From: an uncultured Alphaproteobacteria bacterium
GTDB lineage: Bacteria > Pseudomonadota > Alphaproteobacteria > HIMB59 > GCA-002718135
NCBI GenBank assembly: GCA_902585605.1
Contig: CACIED010000001.1
Location: forward strand, 469,573-533,572
Length of the DNA: 64,000 bases
Reading direction: 5' to 3'
In this document: positions 39,469-51,922 of the stretch, piece after piece
Position numbering within the stretch: position 1 is the first letter of the stretch
Layout of the letters: each line of letters starts with the position of its first letter
Notes under the pieces: generated by a model
What the model was told of the DNA's origin: nothing
The model's input: only the letters and a program-made list of their open reading frames with translations
Databases searched by the model: none
Program-made: the position numbers and the translations under genes

Positions 39469-42222
39469 TTATGCACTGCAAGTTTCGCAGTCTTCTGGTT
39501 CATTGTTTTGATTAATAGCAGTATTTATATAAGCATCCTTTGCTGCTTTTTCTGATGAAACTGTAACTTTTACAGCATCAACTGCTGATCTACTTCTTAG
39601 ATAATACATTCCTGTTTTAAGACCTTTTTTCCAAGCATACATATGCATTGAATTAACTTTTCCAAATGTAGGTGTTGAAAGCCAAAGATTCATTGATTGG
39701 GTTTGATCAATAAATGGTGCTCTATCTGCTGACATATCAATTACAGTTTTTTGTGATACTTCCCAAACTGTTTTATAAACCTCTTTAAGTTCTGTTGGAA
39801 TTTCATTTATGTTTTCTACCGATCCATTTTCTAAAATTATTTTGTCTCTCATTTCTTTATTCCACAATCCTCTTTGAGAAAGTTCATTCACTAAATATCG
39901 ATTTACCAGTAGGAACTCACCTGAGAGTGTTTGTCGTTTATATATATTAGAGGTTTGGATTTGGAATGTTTCAGTATTACCTAATATAATACCTGTTGAC
40001 GCAGTTGGCATGCAAGCTGTGGTTAAAGAGTTTCTTATACCGTGCTCTTTAATCTTAGCCCTAAGTGAATCCCAATCCCATTTTGAAGATGGGTTAACAT
40101 TCCAAAGATCAAATTGAAATTTACCTTCAGAAATCGGTGAATTTTTAAATGTTTCGTAGGCTCCTTTTTCTTTTGCTAATTCACATGAAGCTTCTAAAGC
40201 TCCAAAGTAAATTGTTTCAAAAATTAATTTATTTATTTCTTTAGCTTCTTCAGATTCATAAGCTATTCCTAACTTGAAGTAGACATCTGCAAGCCCCTGT
40301 ATCCCTAAACCTATAGGCCTATGCTTATTATTAGATCTTTCCGTTTTATCAGTTGGATAAAAATTAATATCAATTACTTCATCCAAGTTTTTAGTAGCTA
40401 ATTTTGCAGTTTCGTAAAGAGCATCATAGTCATATATTAATTTTTTATCTGTTTTTTTTACAAATTTTGGCAGAGCTATAGAAGCCAAGTTACATACAGA
40501 TGTCTCGTTCTTATCAGAGTATTCAACTATTTCTGCACAAAGGTTTGAAGATTTAATGACACCAATATTTTTTTGGTTAGACTTATTATTGATAGAGTCT
40601 TTATAAAGCATATAGGGTTGTCCTGTTTCTATCTGCGCTTCTATGATTTTAGACATTAAATCTCTTGCTTTAATTTTTTCTAAATGCTTCATTTCATTTT
40701 CATACTTTGTGTAAAGTTTTTCAAAATCGTCACCATATACATCTGAAAGGCCTGGACATTCATGTTCACTCATAAGTGTCCATTCTTCATCGTTTTCTAC
40801 TCTCTTCATGAATAAATCTGGTATCCATAAAGCGTAGAACAAATCTCTAGCTCTAAATTCTTCAGCACCTGTATTTTTTCTAAGTTCTAGAAATTTCTCA
40901 ATGTCAGCGTGCCAAGGTTCTAAGTATACTGCAAAAGAACCTTTTCTTTTACCCCCACCTTGATCAACTGATTTAGCAGTTTCATTAAAAATTTTCAAAA
41001 ATGGTATGAGGCCATTAGATTTGCCATTTGTTGATTTTATTCTGCTTCCACTACCTCTAATGTTGTGAGCGTGCATTCCAATGCCGCCTGCAGTTTTAGA
41101 TATTAGTGCACAATCTTTAATAGTATTAAAAATACCTTCGATAGAATCATCTTCCATACCTATTAAAAAGCATGATGATAATTGCTGCATCTTTAATCCA
41201 CTATTAAACAATGTTGGAGTAGCATGCGTATACATACCAGTTGATAAACTTTTATAAGTTTCTTTTATTTTATCTAAGTTAAACTCACTACCGCTAACTG
41301 TTAAAGTTACTCTCATCCAAAGGTCTTGAGGTCTTTCAATTGTTTTATTATCAAACTTTAATAAATATGCTCTTATTAGTGTTGTGAGAGCAAAATAATC
41401 AAAAGTATAGTCTTTATCATAGTCAATTATAGACTCTATTAAATCTGCATTCTCCATCACCTTTTTATAATATTCTTCTCTTAACAATCCATCATCGTAT
41501 AAATTTTTTGTTGCTATGATAAAACCTGGAGTTTCTTTATGAAGTGAGTTTACTTTTATTCTTGCTGCAAGATAAGAATAATCAGGATGTTCAACTGTTA
41601 AAGCTGCAGCAGTTTCAGCAAGATAAGTATCAATTTCAACGGAACTAATATCACTATATAAGCCTGGAACAGCTTTTTGAACAACAACAATTGGATCAAT
41701 ATTTAAGCCAGTAGATAGAACAGAGACCCTATTGGTTATTTTATCCAGCGAAATTGGCTCTTTACTTCCATCTCTTTTAGTTACCATCATAGAAGAAGCT
41801 TTTTCTCCAACTTGTTCTTTTAGTTTTTTAGTGTGATATCTTGAAGCCGCTCTTTGTTCTCTATACAAAACATATGCTCTAGCAACTTTATGATGTTCAT
41901 CCCTCATAAGCGCTAACTCCACTTGATCTTGTATATCCTCAATGTGAATCATGTCACCGTCAGCAATTCTTCTAGTTAGAGCTGAGACAACTTTATGTGT
42001 TAATGCTTCAACAGTTTTATGAATTCCATCTTGTTGTTCTTTTTCCTTATTTTTATCATTTCTAATTTTAGTTTGTGCTAAGAATGCTTTTTTTATAGCA
42101 TTTGAAATTTTATCTGATTTGAAGGGAGTGATAGCCCCGTCACGACGTACGACACTTAATGTTAAAATATTTACACTTTTTTCTTCTGGGATTTTTGCTG
42201 ATACCTGTAGATTGTCTGCCAT
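39469..42222 (-). CDS. nrdA: class Ia ribonucleotide reductase alpha subunit with two N-terminal ATP-cones
   Basis: Two ATP-cone repeats (VVRRDGAITPFKSDKISNAI...; MVTKRDGSKEPISLDKITNRV...). Active-site NLCAEI. C-terminal redox pair CETCSA. 917 aa. Confidence 0.97.
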   Translation of the reverse strand: MADNLQVSAKIPEEKSVNILTLSVVRRDGAITPFKSDKISNAIKKAFLAQTKIRNDKNKEKEQQDGIHKTVEALTHKVVSALTRRIADGDMIHIEDIQDQVELALMRDEHHKVARAYVLYREQRAASRYHTKKLKEQVGEKASSMMVTKRDGSKEPISLDKITNRVSVLSTGLNIDPIVVVQKAVPGLYSDISSVEIDTYLAETAAALTVEHPDYSYLAARIKVNSLHKETPGFIIATKNLYDDGLLREEYYKKVMENADLIESIIDYDKDYTFDYFALTTLIRAYLLKFDNKTIERPQDLWMRVTLTVSGSEFNLDKIKETYKSLSTGMYTHATPTLFNSGLKMQQLSSCFLIGMEDDSIEGIFNTIKDCALISKTAGGIGMHAHNIRGSGSRIKSTNGKSNGLIPFLKIFNETAKSVDQGGGKRKGSFAVYLEPWHADIEKFLELRKNTGAEEFRARDLFYALWIPDLFMKRVENDEEWTLMSEHECPGLSDVYGDDFEKLYTKYENEMKHLEKIKARDLMSKIIEAQIETGQPYMLYKDSINNKSNQKNIGVIKSSNLCAEIVEYSDKNETSVCNLASIALPKFVKKTDKKLIYDYDALYETAKLATKNLDEVIDINFYPTDKTERSNNKHRPIGLGIQGLADVYFKLGIAYESEEAKEINKLIFETIYFGALEASCELAKEKGAYETFKNSPISEGKFQFDLWNVNPSSKWDWDSLRAKIKEHGIRNSLTTACMPTASTGIILGNTETFQIQTSNIYKRQTLSGEFLLVNRYLVNELSQRGLWNKEMRDKIILENGSVENINEIPTELKEVYKTVWEVSQKTVIDMSADRAPFIDQTQSMNLWLSTPTFGKVNSMHMYAWKKGLKTGMYYLRSRSAVDAVKVTVSSEKAAKDAYINTAINQNNEPEDCETCSA

Positions 42223-42260
42223 TTAAATTCTATCCATTTTTAAAAAATTATTGTCGAAAA

Positions 42261-42276
42261 ACACAATATGTAGTGC
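42261..42276. promoter_or_regulatory. candidate NrdR box upstream of nrdA
   Basis: ACACAATATGTAGTGC resembles the palindromic NrdR-box consensus acaCwAtATaTwGtgt as I recall it. It lies about 40-55 nt upstream of the nrdA ATG. Confidence 0.4.
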
Positions 42277-42288
42277 CGCCGAAAAGGG

Positions 42289-42316
42289 ACAATACAACAT
42301 TTGCTCAATATCGCAA
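42289..42316 (-). promoter_or_regulatory. candidate sigma70-type promoter of nrdA-nrdB-grx
   Basis: On the minus strand: TTGCGA (42316-42311), 16-nt spacer, TATTGT (42294-42289). The NrdR-like box lies just downstream of it. Confidence 0.3.
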
Positions 42317-42510
42317 TAAGAACAAAACATGAACATAAATATTTTTTTTATCATGTCAATCCCTTACTTAATTTATATTTTCAGAAGGCAAACAAGTTAT
42401 TGAAATATTTACATTTACTTATCAACTTAAGTCACAATTTGTTAAATTTACTAACTGAGTCATTTTTTCTTTGAACTTAAATCTGCCATAAATTATTAAT
42501 AAAAGGTACT

Positions 42511-43195
42511 ATGACTAAGATAGCATTGGTTGATGATGAGCAGTCGATTCTCACATCAGTATCTCTTTCTCTACAAAGTGAAGGGTTTAAAGTAGATACA
42601 TTTCTTAATGGAGTTGAAGCTTTAGAGGCTCTTGAAAGCAAATCTTATGATTTGGGATTGTTTGATATTAAGATGCCTAAAATGGATGGAAATGAACTTC
42701 TTTCAAAAGTACGTTCGAGCAAGATTGAAAATCTAAAAGATCTTCCTATTATCTTTTTAACATCAAAAGATCATGAACAAGATGAGATTATTGGATTAAG
42801 AATGGGAGCTTCAGATTATATTAAAAAACCTTTTTCACAAAAATTATTAAATGAGCGCATAAGAACAGTGCTAAGAATTCATAACAATAGAACTGAAGAA
42901 CAAAAAGATAATAATATTAAAAAACAAAATTTTATAAAAGGTGATTTAATACTAGATGAAGATAAACAATTATGTTTTTGGAAAGATATAGAAATTGAAC
43001 TTACAGTTGCAGAGTTTAATTTAATTAAATCTCTTGCTCAGTATCCTGGAGTAGTAAAGGATAGAAATCAATTAATGGACGCTATGTATGGTGATTCAAT
43101 ATACGTTGATGATAGGACTATCGACAGCCATATAAAGAGATTAAGAAAAAAATTCAGATCTTATGATAATTCTTTTGACCAAATAAGAACAAGAT

Positions 43196-43224
<29 letters not shown>
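42511..43224 (+). CDS. chvI: OmpR-family response regulator ChvI (BvrR/ChvI-type)
   Basis: N-terminus IALVDDEQSILTSVSLSLQSEGFKV...FDIKMPKMDG...IFLTSKD...KPFSQKLL closely follows the ChvI/BvrR sequence as I recall it. C-terminal winged helix. Paired with a ChvG-like kinase. Confidence 0.85.
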
Positions 43225-46218
<2,994 letters not shown>

Positions 46219-46226
46219 GAGTTAAT

Positions 46227-47396
46227 ATGAAAAGATCTTATTTATTTACAAGTGAATCAGTTTCTGAAGGCCATCCAGATAAAGTTTGTGACAGAATTTC
46301 AGATATGGTTGTTGATACTTATTTATCTTCAGGTGACCCACAAACACGCGTAGCTTGTGAGACTTTGACTACCACCAATAAAGTAGTTTTAGCTGGAGAA
46401 GTAAGGGGGCCATCAGTTTCTAAAGATCAGATTATATCTCAAGTAAGAGATTGTATTAAAGATATTGGTTATGAACAAGATGGCTTTCATTGGCAGAATT
46501 GTGATATTGAAAGTTTTCTTCATGAGCAGTCAGCTGATATTGCTATGGGTGTTGATTCTGGTAGCAATAAAGATGAGGGTGCAGGCGATCAAGGAATCAT
46601 GTTTGGTTTTGCTTGTAAAGACACTGAATCATTAATGCCAGCACCTATACATTATTCTCATCAAATATTATATAAAATGGCACAAGCCCGTAAAGATGGA
46701 TCTGCATCTGGTCTAGAACCTGATTCAAAAAGCCAAGTTACAATGCTTTACGAAAACGGAAAACCAAGCAAAGTTACTTCCTTAGTTATTTCTTCACAAC
46801 ATAAAGAAGGTTTATCTCCTGAGGACGTAAAAGAAATTGTTAAACCTTACGTATATGAGTGCATACCTAATAACTTGTTAGAAGGTCTTAAAGATGAAGA
46901 ATTCTATGTTAACCCCACAGGTAACTTTGTAATTGGAGGCCCTGATGGTGATTCTGGTTTAACTGGTCGTAAAATAATAGTTGATACATATGGTGGTGCA
47001 GCGCCCCATGGTGGAGGTGCATTTTCGGGAAAGGATCCATCTAAAGTTGATAGATCTGCAGCATATGCAGCTAGGTACTTAGCAAAAAATGTTGTTGCAG
47101 CGGATCTAGCTGATGAGTGTACTATACAGTTATCTTATGCAATAGGAGTATCAAAACCTTTATCGGTATATGTAAATACAAATGGAACAAACAAAGTTGA
47201 TGAACAGAAAATTGAAAAATCTGTGCAAGATTTGTTTGATCTTAGCCCAAGAGGAATAAGAGAACATTTAAAACTAACAAATGCAATTTATGTTCCAACT
47301 TCTGCTTATGGTCATTTTGGTAGAGAACCAAGTGACAATGGACATTTTACTTGGGAAAAAACTGATTTAGTGGAAGCTTTAAAAGGAATTGCATAA
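46227..47396 (+). CDS. metK: S-adenosylmethionine synthetase
   Basis: [43 protein letters not shown]. Confidence 0.97.
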   Translation: MKRSYLFTSESVSEGHPDKVCDRISDMVVDTYLSSGDPQTRVACETLTTTNKVVLAGEVRGPSVSKDQIISQVRDCIKDIGYEQDGFHWQNCDIESFLHEQSADIAMGVDSGSNKDEGAGDQGIMFGFACKDTESLMPAPIHYSHQILYKMAQARKDGSASGLEPDSKSQVTMLYENGKPSKVTSLVISSQHKEGLSPEDVKEIVKPYVYECIPNNLLEGLKDEEFYVNPTGNFVIGGPDGDSGLTGRKIIVDTYGGAAPHGGGAFSGKDPSKVDRSAAYAARYLAKNVVAADLADECTIQLSYAIGVSKPLSVYVNTNGTNKVDEQKIEKSVQDLFDLSPRGIREHLKLTNAIYVPTSAYGHFGREPSDNGHFTWEKTDLVEALKGIA

Positions 47397-47402
47397 TAAA
47401 AT

Positions 47403-47849
47403 TTGCAAAAATTAAGTAATCAAATTTTAGATCTTCGTGAACTTGAAAAAATCTCCACTAATTTATGCAAAGACATATCTGTTGGAGATATTTACTTATT
47501 TCAAGGAGAGCTAGGTGCTGGTAAAACAACATTTATAAGATTATTAATTAATAAGCTTTTTGTACTAAATAATTTACCAAAACCATCTTCTATTACTAGT
47601 CCAACATTCCCTATTTTGATAACCTATGAATTGAATTCATCACAAATCTATCATTATGATCTTTATAGATTAAAGAGCATAAAGGAATTAGAGGAATTAG
47701 ATTTCTTCGAAAATTTAAATAACAATATTACATTTATAGAGTGGCCTGAAATTTTAATTAGTTTACCGCTAAACAAAAATCATTATTTAATAAATTTAGA
47801 TATGATTTCAGAAACTAAAAGAAAAATTAATATTTGTTTTAAACAATAG
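47403..47849 (+). CDS. tsaE: tRNA t6A37 biosynthesis ATPase TsaE (YjeE)
   Basis: P-loop GELGAGKTTFIR and SPTFPIL ... HYDLYRL motifs. TTG start. Confidence 0.85.
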   Translation: MQKLSNQILDLRELEKISTNLCKDISVGDIYLFQGELGAGKTTFIRLLINKLFVLNNLPKPSSITSPTFPILITYELNSSQIYHYDLYRLKSIKELEELDFFENLNNNITFIEWPEILISLPLNKNHYLINLDMISETKRKINICFKQ

Positions 47850-47853
47850 TCTA

Positions 47854-48771
47854 ATGAACTCTGATCATAGTGATTTAGAAAAAATTGAGGACGGATTATC
47901 TAATAAATTAATTTATAGGATTACTAAAAAAGAGAATACCAAAATAATAATTGATTTTTCTAGAGATAAACAAGAGTTTAAAAATTTCCTTACTGTTTAT
48001 GAAATATTACAAAAGATTAATATATCAATTCCTAAGATATATGAAGTTAATCAAAAGCAATATAAAATATATATGCAAGATTTTGGAAAAAATAGATTTA
48101 ATAAAATATACAATAAAAATAATCTTTATAAACTTTTAAAATTAGCTGTAGAAAATATTATTGTTATCCAAAATGAATCAAATTTAAATAATTTAAAAAA
48201 ATTAAAAGAATACACCTTTGAAGATTTAAAAATTGAACTTAAAGAGTTTGTTTCTTATTATATTCCTAACAACAAAAATTCGAATTTTCCAACTTCAAAA
48301 TTTTATGAATCATGGAAAAGTATATTTTATTCTCAAAATTATAATATGAAAAATTTTGTTCACAAAGACTTTGAATTTGTTAATTTATTTTTTTTAGAAA
48401 ATTGTGAATCACATTTACAATGTGGAATTATTGATTTTCAAAGTGCTTTTAAGGGATTTATAGGATGGGATCTAATATCACTATTAGAAAATCCAAGAAT
48501 TAATTTTACACAAAATTACAATGATAAATTAATTGAATATTTTTATGATAACACTTCAATTATTGAAAATTTTAATACTTTTCTGGAACAATATTATGTT
48601 TTAAGTTTAGCTCGACAGACTCGATTACTTGGTAGATGGAGAAAATTATTTAGCACAAATAATGATAATAAATACTTAAACTATTTAAAAATAACTAAAT
48701 TTAGAACAATAGCGACATTGAAAAATATTAAAAATTATGAACTAAGATCAATGTATGAAAAGTATTTATAA
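47854..48771 (+). CDS. aminoglycoside-phosphotransferase-fold kinase (AmgK-like anomeric MurNAc/GlcNAc kinase candidate)
   Basis: Brenner motif HKDFEFVN and IIDFQSA (DFG-equivalent). Conserved tsaE-kinase-nucleotidyltransferase arrangement of Alphaproteobacteria. Confidence 0.6.
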   Translation: MNSDHSDLEKIEDGLSNKLIYRITKKENTKIIIDFSRDKQEFKNFLTVYEILQKINISIPKIYEVNQKQYKIYMQDFGKNRFNKIYNKNNLYKLLKLAVENIIVIQNESNLNNLKKLKEYTFEDLKIELKEFVSYYIPNNKNSNFPTSKFYESWKSIFYSQNYNMKNFVHKDFEFVNLFFLENCESHLQCGIIDFQSAFKGFIGWDLISLLENPRINFTQNYNDKLIEYFYDNTSIIENFNTFLEQYYVLSLARQTRLLGRWRKLFSTNNDNKYLNYLKITKFRTIATLKNIKNYELRSMYEKYL

Positions 48772-48774
48772 TTT

Positions 48775-49455
48775 ATGAAGAATTTTACGTTAATGATTTT
48801 ATGTGCAGGTTTTGGATCAAGAATGTTAGATTTGACACGCAGTACGCCAAAACCTCTGTTAAAATATAAAAATAAAGTGTTATTAAAGAACACAATTGAT
48901 TTCTTTACTAATATTGGATGTGATGAAATCTTAATAAATACACACTATTTACATAATAAAATTAAAAAGTATTTGGACAAAAATTTTAAAAAATATCCCA
49001 TTGAGATTATCTATGAAAAAAAAATACTTGGTACAGGGGGAGGAGTAAAAAATATTTTCAATTATACAAATAGAAAAAAAATATGTGTTGTTAATTCTGA
49101 TATTTTTTGGACTAAAAAAAATAAATCACATATCAAATATTTTCTTAATAATTATCATGATATTTCTCACTGTAAAATGTTGTTATCTAAAAATATTAAT
49201 TTTTTAGGTTTAAAAAAAGAAAATGGAGACTTTACTTTAAAAAGAAATGTAGTCTCAAATTGGAATAATAAAAATGAGAAATTGTATTATTCCGGCCTTC
49301 AAATCGTATCTAAAAATATCTTTAATAAAAGAAAAAAAATATTCTCAATGAATGAAATTTGGACAAAATTAATAAAAAAAAATCAAATCAAAGGTTATGT
49401 AATTCCTTCTAAAATTAGACATATTGGGGATAAAAAATCAATTTTAGAAAATTAG
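48775..49455 (+). CDS. sugar-1-phosphate nucleotidyltransferase (MurU-like candidate)
   Basis: N-terminal MILCAGFGSRMLDLTRSTPKPLL (GxGxR...PKPL) and GTGGG. Paired with the upstream kinase. Confidence 0.65.
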   Translation: MKNFTLMILCAGFGSRMLDLTRSTPKPLLKYKNKVLLKNTIDFFTNIGCDEILINTHYLHNKIKKYLDKNFKKYPIEIIYEKKILGTGGGVKNIFNYTNRKKICVVNSDIFWTKKNKSHIKYFLNNYHDISHCKMLLSKNINFLGLKKENGDFTLKRNVVSNWNNKNEKLYYSGLQIVSKNIFNKRKKIFSMNEIWTKLIKKNQIKGYVIPSKIRHIGDKKSILEN

Positions 49456-49501
49456 ATTTAATTTAGCTTGATAATAGATAAATATTTCTTAAATATTATC
49501 T

Positions 49502-49822
49502 ATGTCTACTCTTAAAACAAACGATCAAACTTTTGATAAAGATATATCTACTAATGACGTTCCAGTGGTAGTTGATTTTGGTGCAGAATGGTGTGGTCCA
49601 TGTAAAGTACTTGATCCAATTTTAGAGGAAATTGCTAGTGAAAATAAAGATAAGGTTAAAATATACAAAATGAACATTGACGAGAACCCTATGACACCAC
49701 AAAAATACGGTATTAGGGGTATTCCTACAATAATGATTTTTAAAAATGGTGAGTTAATCGATACTAAGGTCGGTAGTCTTCCTAAAACAGCATTAGAGAC
49801 CTGGATACATTCCAATTTATAA
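49502..49822 (+). CDS. trxA: thioredoxin
   Basis: WCGPCK active site, 106 aa, GIRGIPT cis-Pro loop. Confidence 0.95.
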   Translation: MSTLKTNDQTFDKDISTNDVPVVVDFGAEWCGPCKVLDPILEEIASENKDKVKIYKMNIDENPMTPQKYGIRGIPTIMIFKNGELIDTKVGSLPKTALETWIHSNL

Positions 49823-51079
49823 TAGTTTTTTTCTAATTTTGCCAATTAAATATAAAGAACCGGTAATTAAATATATTTTTTGCTGATTAGAATTAAAATA
49901 TTTTAAAGCATCATTTATATTATTTAACTGCTCGCATTTAATAGAGTGCAAATCACAAATATCATTTATCTGTTTAGCTTTAAATGAATTTTTTTCCTCT
50001 GGAATTTTTATAGCTAAAACTTTGGATACTCTTTTTTTTATTTTATTTAAAAACAAACTTGCTTTTTTATTATTCAGCATTCCAAATAAAACTACAGGTT
50101 TAATTTTTTTAGTTTTTAAGAATATGTTTAGTTTTTCTGCTCCATCAACATTATGAGATCCATCAAGAATAATTTTATTCTTTCTATAATTAATAATTTC
50201 TAATCTTCCTGGCCAAACTGTATTTTTAATTGCTGTATTAATTTTATCTGTATTTAATTTATATCCCATATTTTTTATAATCTTTGAAAAATATATAGCT
50301 ATTGATGCATTTTCTTCTTGATGTTTTCCATTCAATGAGGGTTGAAAATAGTAATACTTTTTTTTATCCATAATTACCTCAAATTTATTTTTTAATGATT
50401 TTTTGACTCGAAAATCTTTTCCATAAAAATATTTATTTTCAAAATTTTTTAATTTTTTTTGAATATGTTTTCTTAGCTCTTTTTTTTGCTTACCAACTAA
50501 AACAAATTCACAATTCTTAACAATTCCCAATTTTTCATTAGCTATCTTCTTAATTGTTTTTCCTAAAAATTCTTCATGATCAAAACCAATTGGCGTTAAA
50601 ATACTACAAATCTTTTTTGGTATTATGTTGGTAGCATCTAACCTACCACCTAATCCTGTTTCTAAAATAAGAAAGTCTGACTTTGATTGTTGAAATAGTA
50701 AAAAGGCCACAGCCGTTGTTATTTCGAAAAAAGTTATTGGTTTTTTATTATTAATTTTTTTTACATATTTTAAAGTATTGTACAGTTTGTTTGTATTTAC
50801 TTCATTATTATTTAGTATTATTCTTTCATTAAAATTTGACAAATGTGGAGAAATATATGCATCACACTTATATCCATTATCAACTAAGATTTGCCTTATA
50901 AAACTTTGAACTGAACCTTTTCCGTTAGTCCCTGCAATATGAATAGTTCTTGGGAGATGATTTTGAGGATTATTTAGTTTTTTCAATAAAAATCCTAATC
51001 TGTCTAACGATAGATCAATATACTTAGGATGAAGTTTGACAAGCTCATCTAATAACTTTTCTGTTTTAGATTTCACCAA
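49817..51079 (-). CDS. folC: dihydrofolate synthase / folylpolyglutamate synthase
   Basis: Mur-ligase P-loop HIAGTNGKGSV. trpFBA-accD-folC synteny. Confidence 0.9.
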   Translation of the reverse strand: MVKSKTEKLLDELVKLHPKYIDLSLDRLGFLLKKLNNPQNHLPRTIHIAGTNGKGSVQSFIRQILVDNGYKCDAYISPHLSNFNERIILNNNEVNTNKLYNTLKYVKKINNKKPITFFEITTAVAFLLFQQSKSDFLILETGLGGRLDATNIIPKKICSILTPIGFDHEEFLGKTIKKIANEKLGIVKNCEFVLVGKQKKELRKHIQKKLKNFENKYFYGKDFRVKKSLKNKFEVIMDKKKYYYFQPSLNGKHQEENASIAIYFSKIIKNMGYKLNTDKINTAIKNTVWPGRLEIINYRKNKIILDGSHNVDGAEKLNIFLKTKKIKPVVLFGMLNNKKASLFLNKIKKRVSKVLAIKIPEEKNSFKAKQINDICDLHSIKCEQLNNINDALKYFNSNQQKIYLITGSLYLIGKIRKKLL

Positions 51080-51922
51080 TTAACTTATATGATCCAATAC
51101 TTTGTATAATGTTTCTCTTAGATCTTTCCTATGAGAAACAATATCTACCATTCCATGATCTTTCAGGTATTCAGCTTTTTGAAAATCAATAGGTAATTCT
51201 TCTCTAATAGTGTCTTGTATAACTCTTTTACCCGCAAATCCTATTGTTGCACCTTGCTCAGCTATTGTTATATCACCTAACATTGCGAAAGACGCAGTTA
51301 CCCCACCTGTTGTAGGCTCAGTTAAAACTACTATGTATGGAATATTATTTTCATTTAACAAATCTACTGCAGCAATAGTTCTGGGCATTTGCATCAAACT
51401 TACAATTCCTTCCTGCATTCTAGCACCACCAGATGCAGTAACAATTACATAAGGTAATTTGTTTTTAATAGCAATTTTAGCTCCCTTAACTATTGCTCCT
51501 CCGACTGCTCTGCCCATAGATCCACCCATGAATTCAAAATTCATAACTCCAGAAATAATTTCTTTATCTTTAATTTTACCTTGAATAAGTATGAAAGCAT
51601 CTTCTCTGTTTGTTTTCTTTCTATATTCTTTCAACCTATCTTTATATTTTTTTTTATCTGTGAAATTTAATGGATCATCTGAAATTTTATCAGGACTAAT
51701 TTCATTATAATTTCCGGCTTCAAAAAATAATTTTATTCTATCATCTGCAGACATTCTAAAATGATAATTACAATTTACACAAACATATAAATTGTCTTTT
51801 AAATCTTTATGATGAATCATATTTCCACATGAAACACAGTTATTCCATAATTTTTCTGGCACTTCTCTTCTTTTTACAAGCGAAGATAATTTAGGTTTAA
51901 CAAAATTTGTCAGCCAATTCAT
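51080..51922 (-). CDS. accD: acetyl-CoA carboxylase carboxyltransferase beta subunit
   Basis: N-terminal zinc ribbon CVSCGNMIHHKDLKDNLYVCVNCNYH and carboxyltransferase domain (MGGSMG, ASGGARMQEG). Confidence 0.95.
   Translation of the reverse strand: MNWLTNFVKPKLSSLVKRREVPEKLWNNCVSCGNMIHHKDLKDNLYVCVNCNYHFRMSADDRIKLFFEAGNYNEISPDKISDDPLNFTDKKKYKDRLKEYRKKTNREDAFILIQGKIKDKEIISGVMNFEFMGGSMGRAVGGAIVKGAKIAIKNKLPYVIVTASGGARMQEGIVSLMQMPRTIAAVDLLNENNIPYIVVLTEPTTGGVTASFAMLGDITIAEQGATIGFAGKRVIQDTIREELPIDFQKAEYLKDHGMVDIVSHRKDLRETLYKVLDHIS

Noticed and set aside
42287-42302. A second NrdR box that would form the usual tandem pair.
   Set aside because: Only one half-site matches. The centre-to-centre spacing to the good box is about 26 bp rather than the ~31-32 bp typical of tandem NrdR boxes.
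42223-42354. A 43-codon ORF (MIKKIFMFMFCSYCDIEQMLYCPFSAALHIVFFDNNFLKMDRI) in frame with nrdA and abutting it (TAA directly followed by the nrdA ATG).
   Set aside because: NrdA already has a complete N-terminus with an ATP-cone starting at about aa 22, so this is not a missed extension. The ORF would start upstream of the best candidate nrdA promoter and spans the NrdR-like box. It has no RBS and I recognise no homology. It is probably a chance ORF, though a leader peptide cannot be excluded without conservation data.
42329-42403. A 24-codon hydrophobic ORF (MNINIFFIMSIPYLIYIFRRQTSY) on the plus strand in the nrdA-chvI spacer.
   Set aside because: It is short, has no RBS or recognisable motif, and has a composition typical of translated AT-rich non-coding DNA.
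49460-49500. Imperfect AT-only palindrome (agataaatatt...aatattatct) and TTGATA/TAAATA hexamers upstream of trxA, as a possible operator plus promoter.
   Set aside because: It is composed only of A/T in an AT-rich spacer. Such near-palindromes and hexamers are expected by chance, so there is no basis for a specific regulator call.
49525-49845. A 106-aa ORF almost exactly mirroring trxA on the opposite strand.
   Set aside because: It is striking for its co-extension with trxA. However, the sequence is hydrophobic and low-complexity with no recognisable domain, its start lies inside the folC 3' end, and trxA is unambiguous (WCGPC). I treat it as a shadow ORF. Only conservation or Ribo-seq data would change that.
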